Positions 56,169 to 64,000 are shown, counted from the first letter of the stretch. The stretch is DNA of 64,000 nt from an uncultured virus (IMG/VR IMGVR_UViG_3300025840_005100) (IMGVR_UViG_3300025840_005100), one strand, 5' to 3'. Numbers and translations are program-made. The notes: generated by a model not told the origin, from the letters alone.

Positions 56169-56541
56169 AAAACCTGATAATGTAGTAGATAATCCTGGTT
56201 TACTTCCTTATGGTAGTAATGTTGGTGCACCTGCAATCAAACAAGAAGATGTATCACTTTGGAAAAATGAAAAGGTAAATAAAACCAATCAGTATTTTCA
56301 TACAAGATACGAAGAGATAAAAGAAGAATACAGAAAACTCATAGAAGAGTTTGAATGGAATAAATTAGTTTACGAATCTAAATTTACATTCACACCAATC
56401 AAAGGACATACTTATCACTTATACCAAAAAGAACAAGGTGGTTTGTTTCTTTCTTTGATTGAACCAGAATTATGGAATCAAATCTTTGTTGGTTCTTTTA
56501 AGTTAGATTCAAATGATAAGTGGATTAAAGTAGATGGGTAA
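56161..56541 (+). CDS. DUF2452-like protein
   Basis: F.PIKGHTYHLY…FLSLIEP..W…GSFKL…W. Confidence 0.75.
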   Translation: MSKKPDNVVDNPGLLPYGSNVGAPAIKQEDVSLWKNEKVNKTNQYFHTRYEEIKEEYRKLIEEFEWNKLVYESKFTFTPIKGHTYHLYQKEQGGLFLSLIEPELWNQIFVGSFKLDSNDKWIKVDG

Positions 56542-57100
56542 AATAATATTAGTATCAGCCACACCTTTAGAACATGGTGGGTTGAAGGATATAAATGGTG
56601 CGCCAATTTTCCAAGTGGGAATTGGTAAAACTAATTCTGCAATGAACATGACCGAAATCATTCTCAAGGAGAAACCTGATTTGGTTGTAAACTTTGGTTC
56701 TTGTGGTAATCTTAAAAAGAACAAAGTTGGTGAAGTTATTGAGGTTGGTGAAGTTTACAATAATATAGATGTAAGACCCTTTGCAGAATATGGTTGTACA
56801 CCAGAAAAAAATATTTGTGAAATAAAACTTTCAGATAGTGGAATCAAATGTTTTTCCACAGACCAAATCTATGATAATACAAGAGTAGATTATGCTCACA
56901 AGTATTTGGAGATGATTCGAAATTGTGATATTGTAGATATGGAATGTTATTCACTTGCATACGTTTGTAAAAAATACGATGTTGGATTCAAATCTTACAA
57001 ATGGGTATCAGATGATGGTAACATAGATACTTGGGAACAGAACGCAGCAATTGGTTTCCAAAACTTTAAAGAACATTTTTTACAGACTTTCTTTGGATAA
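56534..57100 (+). CDS. MTA/SAH nucleosidase / nucleoside phosphorylase family
   Basis: GIGKTNSA; VNFGSCG; VDMECY; KWVSD. Confidence 0.85.
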   Translation: MGKIILVSATPLEHGGLKDINGAPIFQVGIGKTNSAMNMTEIILKEKPDLVVNFGSCGNLKKNKVGEVIEVGEVYNNIDVRPFAEYGCTPEKNICEIKLSDSGIKCFSTDQIYDNTRVDYAHKYLEMIRNCDIVDMECYSLAYVCKKYDVGFKSYKWVSDDGNIDTWEQNAAIGFQNFKEHFLQTFFG

Positions 57101-57123
57101 TATTAAAATTTTTAGTATCTTTG
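57092..57123 (+). promoter_or_regulatory. sigma-A-type promoter
   Basis: TTTG-N20-TATCTTTG. Confidence 0.85.
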
Positions 57124-57145
57124 TATAAACTTTAAAACTTAAATT

Positions 57146-57619
57146 ATGGCTTATAATCCTTATAGATGGTTTACCAAAGGAGTTGGTAGAAATAAAAAAC
57201 TACCATCTAAATCACCATTACTCCTTAAAATCAGAAATGGTGACTTTGAATATTCACCTTATTTTTTCGAAGCTCAAAGAGCTCAAGAAGATGCGGACAG
57301 AATATACAATAAAGTATATGAAGAAAGGTCTAAGTTTTCAAATGATATACCTTCAATAGAATCCGATGCAAGAGAAGCTTCTAAGATGAGAAGAATTGCA
57401 AAACAAAAGTTACTAGAAGCTGGCAATGAAGAAGAAAATAATAGATTACTTGATTTAAAGAAAGAACTATCTGAAGAATTTGGAAAGTGTCTTTGGGATA
57501 AGTGTTTAGAAAAACAAAGAGGAAAAGGTACTACTGAAGATATGTATTGGTGGTATAAGAAACAATGTAATTTAAGTTATACGAAATCCGAATTACAGAT
57601 AAGAGGAATTAAAGTATGA
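57146..57619 (+). CDS. hypothetical protein
   Basis: ORF directly after the promoter. Confidence 0.75.
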   Translation: MAYNPYRWFTKGVGRNKKLPSKSPLLLKIRNGDFEYSPYFFEAQRAQEDADRIYNKVYEERSKFSNDIPSIESDAREASKMRRIAKQKLLEAGNEEENNRLLDLKKELSEEFGKCLWDKCLEKQRGKGTTEDMYWWYKKQCNLSYTKSELQIRGIKV

Positions 57620-58515
57620 AAACCAAATTACATTTTTTTGGAACATCATATACAGAAGGAGGTGGATTCGAATTCCACTCAAATAAAAAACTAGAAAGTA
57701 TATACGGTGATTTAGGAGAAGAATTAACAAAATTTAATTTTAGTTTTCCTGGTCAATTATTAAAATTAATTGATAAAAATAAATTTGAAGTATATAATCA
57801 CGCAAAAAGCGGATTTGGAAATGATAGACTTTTTAGAGAATTTTATAAAGTATTAGACAATAAAAATTTTAATGTAAGAAATAATATTTTTTTCTTTGAA
57901 TTTTCTTGGTTAGGTAGGGAAGATTATTTTGTAAATAAATTAAATGATTATGTAATATGTAATTCTGATTATGATGTAAATGAAAATTTTATGTTTGATG
58001 AGAATAACATTACCGTTGACTATGATTATTCAACGGATGAACAATATAAAATTTACAAACAAATTTCAAAAACTTTCAGAAACTTTTTTAAGATAACAAA
58101 AAATAAATCATCAGAAACACAAACTATGTTTGGAAAAATAATGACATTTTTATCATTATTAGAATATCTGAATATTAGATATTATTTTACAGAATCCCCT
58201 CTACATTTGATACAGTTAGAAGAAAAAAGAAATTATAAAATATACCATGAGTTTTTTAGATTAATCAAAAAAGAAATTAACTTTAGCAATGATTATAATT
58301 TAAAAATATCATCTTATCAATTTATAAACTCGCAAAAACTAACTATTACTGATGAAACGGAAGGATTAATTGAAAATTCTCATTATGGATATATAGGAAA
58401 TAAACTAATTGCAAAATATATCTACAATAGATTAATAAAAGATGGAATATTTGGTGGTCACAAAAAAGAAATAGACCTTTCCCATAGAAAAATATCAGAT
58501 TTAAAATATTTATAA
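57616..58515 (+). CDS. SGNH/GDSL-like protein, paralog of 44679
   Basis: FGTSYTEGGGFEF; NHAKSGFGN; FEFSWLGR; LTI.DET.GL; SHYGYIGN. Confidence 0.72.
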   Translation: MKTKLHFFGTSYTEGGGFEFHSNKKLESIYGDLGEELTKFNFSFPGQLLKLIDKNKFEVYNHAKSGFGNDRLFREFYKVLDNKNFNVRNNIFFFEFSWLGREDYFVNKLNDYVICNSDYDVNENFMFDENNITVDYDYSTDEQYKIYKQISKTFRNFFKITKNKSSETQTMFGKIMTFLSLLEYLNIRYYFTESPLHLIQLEEKRNYKIYHEFFRLIKKEINFSNDYNLKISSYQFINSQKLTITDETEGLIENSHYGYIGNKLIAKYIYNRLIKDGIFGGHKKEIDLSHRKISDLKYL

Positions 58516-58519
58516 GAAT

Positions 58520-58699
58520 ATGAATAGAACTTTAGAAATGGTAATGAGAAAACTCTTGGCAGTTATCGATTCAATGAAAAAACCAGAACACATGCTTGCG
58601 GTTCGTAGGTACATTGATTTATATTACCAAATGTATGGCACCCAAAATAAAGGGTTAATAGAAATATATTTTAGAACAAGAAAAGAAAAATTCATTTAG
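58520..58699 (+). CDS. small hypothetical protein (59 aa)
   Basis: MNRTLEMVMR…KEKFI, read by hand. Confidence 0.6.
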   Translation: MNRTLEMVMRKLLAVIDSMKKPEHMLAVRRYIDLYYQMYGTQNKGLIEIYFRTRKEKFI

Positions 58700-58701
58700 T
58701 T

Positions 58702-58971
58702 ATGGAAATAATACAAAACCGATATGGTGTAGATAGAGTTTATGAAAAACTTGATTCTACACGAATTCGAGTAATGGGAGAATCTCTTATTGCAAGAGGT
58801 TCACAAGATGAAGATGGTAACCAAACAATGTTCGATTTTGAAGGAGGACCTTGTTTGAATGTTGGTGGTAAGATAAAATATATGGGTACAGATTTTAAAA
58901 TCTTATCTATTAAACCAGAAAACGTTAGAGAAGAAAATGTAGCATCAGTAGTATTGGAGGTAACATTATAG
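58702..58971 (+). CDS. hypothetical protein
   Basis: ORF track. Confidence 0.7.
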   Translation: MEIIQNRYGVDRVYEKLDSTRIRVMGESLIARGSQDEDGNQTMFDFEGGPCLNVGGKIKYMGTDFKILSIKPENVREENVASVVLEVTL

Positions 58972-59333
58972 TGAAACAAGAACGAGTATTTACTGTCCAT
59001 ATTGGGGAAACTGATATATTTGAGTGGACTCAAGGAATTGGTAAAGCTGTTCTCATGCCAATCTTACTCAAAGTTTGTGAAGAAGTAATTTACGATAACT
59101 TAGAAGAAAAGACCGCAGCAAAAATACAATTCTCACTAAAAGGTAAACCAAAGATTTACGATTTCGTGGTTAAGTTTGATGGTATAGAAGATACTCTTGA
59201 TAAAATAATGGGTTGGGCACTTGATGAAGAAGAATATGAAATGTGTCAAACTATAAAATATCTTCAAGATTACACTAATGATTTAAAAGAAACGTTACGA
59301 GAAAAAGATGAAAATATTAGTAATTGGAGATAG
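58971..59333 (+). CDS. hypothetical protein with UvrB/C-motif-like C-terminal hairpin
   Basis: ALDEEEYEMCQTIKYL. Confidence 0.6.
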   Translation: MKQERVFTVHIGETDIFEWTQGIGKAVLMPILLKVCEEVIYDNLEEKTAAKIQFSLKGKPKIYDFVVKFDGIEDTLDKIMGWALDEEEYEMCQTIKYLQDYTNDLKETLREKDENISNWR

Positions 59334-60048
59334 TTGTACAGATGTATTCATCTATGGTAGGTGTGAACGATTAAATCCAGAAGCACCTATACCTGTTTTT
59401 GAACCTACCAAAACAGTTACCAACCAAGGAATGGCAGGTAACGTTGTTGCAAACTTAAACAAACTTGGTGTACAAAAGGTAGAACTCATTACTAACTACG
59501 AACAAATCACTAAAACAAGATATGTTGAGTACAAATCCAATCAGATGTTACTCAGAGTTGATTCCAACGATAAAGTTACCAATTCCTTTGATATTAAAAA
59601 AGTAGATTTTGATTCATATGATGCAGTAATAGTTGCAGATTATGATAAAGGATTTCTCACCAACGATGATATAAAGAAAATTGGTGAAAAATCTAAACTT
59701 TCTTTTATTGATACCAAAAAAACTATTGATTTAGAAAACTTCAAAGGATTTACATTTGTTAAGATGAACGAAGTTGAATGGGAACGTTGTGAAAGATATG
59801 GTGCAAAATATGAAGATTGGAAAGAGAATCTGATTGTAACTATGTCCGAACGAGGATGTATGTTTAATGGAAGAAGATTTGAAGTAGATAATTCAGTTGA
59901 AGTTAGAGATTTAAGTGGAGCAGGTGATACTTGGATGGCATCTTTTTCATTCAAGTATGTGGAAACGAATGATGTAGATGAATCAATTGAACTTGCAAAT
60001 AAAAACGCAACAATAGTTGTACAAAAACGAGGTGTTACAACCATATGA
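59308..60048 (+). CDS. PfkB-family sugar kinase (RfaE/HldE heptose-kinase domain-like)
   Basis: VIGDSCTD…RLNPEAPIPV; GMAGNV..N; DYDKG; DLSGAGDT; VVQKRG. Confidence 0.88.
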   Translation: MKILVIGDSCTDVFIYGRCERLNPEAPIPVFEPTKTVTNQGMAGNVVANLNKLGVQKVELITNYEQITKTRYVEYKSNQMLLRVDSNDKVTNSFDIKKVDFDSYDAVIVADYDKGFLTNDDIKKIGEKSKLSFIDTKKTIDLENFKGFTFVKMNEVEWERCERYGAKYEDWKENLIVTMSERGCMFNGRRFEVDNSVEVRDLSGAGDTWMASFSFKYVETNDVDESIELANKNATIVVQKRGVTTI

Positions 60049-60794
60049 TAAATAAAAAACAAGAATGGGAAGATAATAAAAAACAAGGATTTCCTCGTGC
60101 AAAGATAGATAACTTTTTGGATGAGAAAACTTGTTTAAAGTTATACGAAGAATGTATATCAGCACCCAAAGGTGGATGGACAATCTTTACTCGTGCTGGT
60201 TCTCGTATGGAAGAATTCAATGATTTAATTCACTGTCCTACTGCACACCAAGTTACCTATGACTTAATGCATAGTGGTGAGATGTTATACGATTTAGAAC
60301 AAATGACTGGAATCACTGGCCTATTACCAGACCCACACTTAGTTGGTGCTGGTTTTTCTATTATGAGAAATGGTGCAGAACTTGGACCACACTATGATTT
60401 CAATTGGAACGATAGATTAAGATTACATAGAAAGTTAACTTCAATACTTTATCTTACACCAGATTGGAAAGATGAATGGGGTGGTGAGAACATAACTTGG
60501 ACTACAAACCCTGAATTAGATGATACTGCAGAAATAGTTGAATCAATCTCACCAAAGTTTAACAGATTCATTATATCACAAAACGTAAAACAAGGACCTG
60601 TTCATTCAGTTGGTAAAGTAAATTGTCCTGATAATGTTGAAGGTAGAACTTGTATTAGATTCTTTTATTATATATCCACGAGTGATATTGATAAAGATAA
60701 TCCACCACATAGAAGTATATATAAAACAAATGAATATAATCACCACAAACTTCATGAAGAAGATTGGGATGGAAAATTAGTTGGTGAAATATGA
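60045..60794 (+). CDS. 2OG-Fe(II) oxygenase
   Basis: PDPHLVGAG; HYDFN; ILYL..DW..EWGG; PKFNR; H-S-V…R. Confidence 0.88.
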   Translation: MINKKQEWEDNKKQGFPRAKIDNFLDEKTCLKLYEECISAPKGGWTIFTRAGSRMEEFNDLIHCPTAHQVTYDLMHSGEMLYDLEQMTGITGLLPDPHLVGAGFSIMRNGAELGPHYDFNWNDRLRLHRKLTSILYLTPDWKDEWGGENITWTTNPELDDTAEIVESISPKFNRFIISQNVKQGPVHSVGKVNCPDNVEGRTCIRFFYYISTSDIDKDNPPHRSIYKTNEYNHHKLHEEDWDGKLVGEI

Positions 60795-61897
60795 ATAAAG
60801 AATCTATACTTATAAATGTTATAAATAATACTTTAAGAATAGGCTCTCTTCATTGGAAAGGAGTTTCAAATCATATATCTCAGATTTCAAAAAATAAAAT
60901 ATATGATAATGAAAAAAGACTATACCATACATTAAGTCATTTAATAGATTTATTTCCTGAAGTGGATGGATATTATATTGACAACTATCATGAAGTTTTC
61001 AAATTATTTAAAGAATACGATAAAATTAAGTTACTTAAAAAAATATTCGATTCAAAGGGAATAGGTGACAAATTATATTTTTTAGATAATAATTTGAGTT
61101 ATTGTGATGATAGTTTAAATTTAAAAGGAGAGCCATATTTTCTTGGATTAAGTTACTTAAATAATAAAGTAATTGAAAATAGAAAGTTTGATAAAAAATT
61201 TCTATTTTTGAATAGATTAAGAAAAATGCACAGAGCTATTTTATATGAAAATTTTAAGAAAGAAAATGTACTAAATGATTTTATTTATTCATTTGACTCT
61301 CATGATGAATCATCTCCATGGTACAAACAAATATCAGCAAAATCTAATACTTTTAATGATAATGTATGGGAACATCACACTTATAATGTAATACCCGAGT
61401 ACACTACAACATTTTGTAATATAGTTACTGAAACAAATTTTGGATATGATGTAAGGAATTGGGAGTTTGAGGGTACTCCTGGTTGTATTTTTATAACTGA
61501 AAAAACGGAAAAGTGTTTTGCAGCTGGTCAGCCATTTATAATAGCGTCAAATAATGGATTTTTAAAAAAATTAAAAGAAATAGGATTCAAAACTTTCGAT
61601 AAATGGTGGGATGAAAGTTATGATGATGAATTTGATTCTAAAGAAAGATTGTCTAAAATTAATGACTTAGTTTTAGAAATAAATTCTTGGTCAATGCAAA
61701 AATGTGAACAAGTTTACCAAGAGATGATACCAATTCTTAAACATAACCAAGAATTAAATAACAAATGGTATTTTGTTAATTCAAAGGAAATTAAATACTT
61801 TCCTAACTTTAGTGGAGATTGGAATCAATATTCGGTAGAAATAAATGGAAACGAATCAACAAAAACAGAAATTTTAGGTAGAAAAATGAATTTCTAA
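60791..61897 (+). CDS. putative glycosyltransferase (GT10-like TEKT family)
   Basis: KKFLFLNR…HR; FCNIVTET; ITEKTEK..AAGQPFI; GFKTFDKWWDESYD. Confidence 0.55.
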   Translation: MNKESILINVINNTLRIGSLHWKGVSNHISQISKNKIYDNEKRLYHTLSHLIDLFPEVDGYYIDNYHEVFKLFKEYDKIKLLKKIFDSKGIGDKLYFLDNNLSYCDDSLNLKGEPYFLGLSYLNNKVIENRKFDKKFLFLNRLRKMHRAILYENFKKENVLNDFIYSFDSHDESSPWYKQISAKSNTFNDNVWEHHTYNVIPEYTTTFCNIVTETNFGYDVRNWEFEGTPGCIFITEKTEKCFAAGQPFIIASNNGFLKKLKEIGFKTFDKWWDESYDDEFDSKERLSKINDLVLEINSWSMQKCEQVYQEMIPILKHNQELNNKWYFVNSKEIKYFPNFSGDWNQYSVEINGNESTKTEILGRKMNF

Positions 61898-61900
61898 CAA

Positions 61901-62986
61901 ATGAATATAGAACTTTTAAATAACAAAGAAATATTAATCGGAGGGTTTCAGAGGACTGAATGGCAATATCCTTTAGTTGACTTTAGAAATTGCCCATTGT
62001 ACACAAAATCGGACAAATTCATAAAATATTTTTATAAAAAAATTATAGATTCTATTTATAAATTTGATTGTGATATCACACTACAAACTTTCCATGAAAT
62101 ATTACCAATATGGAATCAAAAAACATTAGATAGAGCCGTATTTGTTTCTGATATTTTTAAAGAAGAGGGATTGGGTAATAAATTGTATTTTAAAGATAAT
62201 TCATTAAATTTTACATTCAGAGAATCAATCAATCATATTTCATCTCCTTATTTACTTGGATTTAATTCTGACTTTAATTTAGAAATATCTCCAAGATATT
62301 TTGAAAAAAAGTTTTTATACTTGAATAGAAAAAACAGGACACATAGAGAACTATTTTTTTCTATGATTAAAAATACTAATATTATAAGTAATTCATATTA
62401 CTCATATAATTCAATATCATCTGATTTACCTGAACATAAAAAAATAGAATTTAAAGGAGAGATAGATGATAGTAATATTTGGATTAAAAAAGAACTTACA
62501 GAAAAAAATAATTGGGATTTTTTTGGTTATGGATATGGACTTATAGATGAATATTCAACATCTTTTTGTAATATAGTAACTGAAAGTCAATCAAATACAT
62601 ATTGGAATAGACTCCCTACAAATCAAATAATTATAACAGAAAAAACAGAAAAATGTTTTGTAGCAGGACAACCATTCGTTATAGTTGGTAATTTTGAATT
62701 TTTATCAACACTTAAAAAACTTGGTTTCAAAACATTTGATAAATGGTGGGATGAAAGTTATGATTTAGAGGTAGATGAATTAAAAAGATTTGAAAAAATA
62801 AAAAAAGTACTGTTAGATATATCCAGTTGGGACTATTCAAAATGTGAATCTGTTTATAAAGAAATGATACCAATTCTTAAACATAACCAAGAACTTAATA
62901 ATAAATGGAATTTGATAAATAGAAAAAGACAACCTAGGTTTCCACGATGTATTTCTACAATAAAAAAAATAGATTTTGAAATATGA
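61901..62986 (+). CDS. putative glycosyltransferase (GT10-like TEKT family), tandem paralog
   Basis: Same motifs as the 60791 gene. Confidence 0.55.
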   Translation: MNIELLNNKEILIGGFQRTEWQYPLVDFRNCPLYTKSDKFIKYFYKKIIDSIYKFDCDITLQTFHEILPIWNQKTLDRAVFVSDIFKEEGLGNKLYFKDNSLNFTFRESINHISSPYLLGFNSDFNLEISPRYFEKKFLYLNRKNRTHRELFFSMIKNTNIISNSYYSYNSISSDLPEHKKIEFKGEIDDSNIWIKKELTEKNNWDFFGYGYGLIDEYSTSFCNIVTESQSNTYWNRLPTNQIIITEKTEKCFVAGQPFVIVGNFEFLSTLKKLGFKTFDKWWDESYDLEVDELKRFEKIKKVLLDISSWDYSKCESVYKEMIPILKHNQELNNKWNLINRKRQPRFPRCISTIKKIDFEI

Positions 62987-63618
62987 ATTACGAAATAAAT
63001 GACCCATGGGATTGGGTAGATATCTTTGAGAACACAGTAAAACAATATGCTGGTTCTAAACACGCAATTGCTTGTGATTCAAACACAAACGCAATCAGAT
63101 TATTATTTGAGTATCTTAAAATTAAAAAGAAAGAAATTGAGATTCCATCTAAAACTTATGTATCAGTACCAAATCAAATTATCCTAAGTGGAAACAAACC
63201 AAAGTTTGTAGATAAACATTGGGATGGTATGTACGAATTGGGTGATACTAATATTGTAGATGCAGCAACTGCATTTCATCAAGGAATGTATAGTGAGTTT
63301 GAAGATTCTTACATGGTTCTTTCTTTTCACGCAAAGAAAATTGTAAACATTGGTAAAGGTGGAATGATTCTAACCAATGATGATAAGTTTGAGAAATGGG
63401 CAAGACCAATGATTTACGATGGTAGAAATAAAAGAACTCTATACAAAGAAGATGAATTCTCTTGTGTTGGTTGGCATATGTATATGACACCCGAAGATGC
63501 AAGGTTAGGTATGATGATACTCCATTCAGATAGAGTACAATTAAAAAACAAAACAGTTGGTGGTAGTTGGGCTTACAAAGACCTAACTGAACAGAAAATA
63601 TATAAGAAGTACAAATGA
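62983..63618 (+). CDS. DegT/DnrJ/EryC1/StrS sugar aminotransferase (short, lacks the small C-terminal domain)
   Basis: FE…YAGSKHAIA.DSNT.A; TYVSV; DAA; SFHAKK PLP lysine; GGMILT. Confidence 0.85.
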   Translation: MNYEINDPWDWVDIFENTVKQYAGSKHAIACDSNTNAIRLLFEYLKIKKKEIEIPSKTYVSVPNQIILSGNKPKFVDKHWDGMYELGDTNIVDAATAFHQGMYSEFEDSYMVLSFHAKKIVNIGKGGMILTNDDKFEKWARPMIYDGRNKRTLYKEDEFSCVGWHMYMTPEDARLGMMILHSDRVQLKNKTVGGSWAYKDLTEQKIYKKYK

Positions 63619-64000
63619 GAAAATACTTACCAACATTAGGAGAACTAATAGATAGATTATCTATTGTACAATTGAAAGAAGTGAAGATTCCTCAACACAA
63701 AGAGGAATATTCTAAAGAAATATCAGATATTGTACACGATATCAACGAAATTCTCAAAGAAAAGGATAAAGTAGATGGTGAATTCATAAGAGCAGTAATT
63801 GTACTCTCACAAATGAATGCACATATTTGGTATAATGAAGATAATGCAAGAAGTGGTGATGACCAAGGAAACCAATTGATGTTAACACATGGTTTAAATG
63901 GAATCAGAAACACTGCTAAAAACAAAATCCAAGAATTGGATGGTGGTAGAAAAGATTATAAGGTAGATTGTATCGCTTCAGAATTTAAAGATTGGAAAAT
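63615..64000 (+). CDS. DUF6165-like coiled-coil protein, truncated by the window end
   Basis: MRKYLPTLGELIDRLSIVQLK…N..IW..ED…N..R…K..I; open to the window end; ATGA overlap. Confidence 0.65.
   Translation, partial: MRKYLPTLGELIDRLSIVQLKEVKIPQHKEEYSKEISDIVHDINEILKEKDKVDGEFIRAVIVLSQMNAHIWYNEDNARSGDDQGNQLMLTHGLNGIRNTAKNKIQELDGGRKDYKVDCIASEFKDWK

Noticed and set aside
62983..63618. Aminotransferase as a pseudogene
   Set aside because: Short, but it keeps the PLP lysine motif, ends cleanly with ATGA coupling, and no out-of-frame remainder follows
621..63925. All minus-strand ORFs in the track
   Set aside because: Each overlaps a better-supported plus-strand gene and shows no protein motifs
1..64000. 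Alternative genetic code (stop-codon reassignment), tRNA genes, introns/inteins, diversity-generating retroelement
   Set aside because: TAA, TAG and TGA all end genes with full-length domains; no cloverleaf, intein motif, reverse transcriptase or adenine-specific repeat pair was recognised

Overview
AT-rich, gene-dense window with every credible CDS on the + strand and frequent ATGA/TAATG stop-start overlaps. It most likely comes from a large (jumbo/huge) dsDNA phage of a Bacteroidota host, probably a marine flavobacterium. Phage evidence: a T4 gp62-like clamp-loader subunit, a Cas4/RecB-like exonuclease, a lone GroES, a vWA/MoxR pair, an amidase endolysin and head-protein-like ORFs with x-x-E processing sites, with no housekeeping operons. 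Host evidence: ten Bacteroidota sigma-A-type promoters (TTTG-N20-TAnnTTTG) and flavobacterial-type genes (TonB receptor, DUF4494, DUF2452). Main blocks: (1) TonB-dependent receptor, 3-TM protein, exported S1/P1 nuclease and NadR-like kinase, a candidate nucleic-acid scavenging system backed by four purine-salvage genes; (2) a ~14.6 kb glycan-biosynthesis cluster with a GT29 sialyltransferase-like gene, a CMP-ulosonate synthetase and an HpcH aldolase; (3) a ~9.6 kb operon of exported proteins (CsgG-like protein, cohesin/dockerin-like proteins, PA14 adhesin, T9SS-CTD-like lipoproteins, Glu/Ser stalk protein), the best candidate for an undescribed phage-encoded cell-surface assembly system; (4) virion- and lysis-type genes behind a second promoter class (TATTTATA); (5) a PAPS/sulfotransferase module; (6) many AT-richer modifying-enzyme genes (6 SGNH-like, 3 GT10-like, SET, 2OG-Fe(II)) scattered between core genes, many ending in a K-x(1-4)-hydrophobic C-terminal motif. 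GATC appears strongly avoided. No tRNA, rRNA, CRISPR array or IS element was recognised. All family calls come from motif recognition by eye, not database searches.
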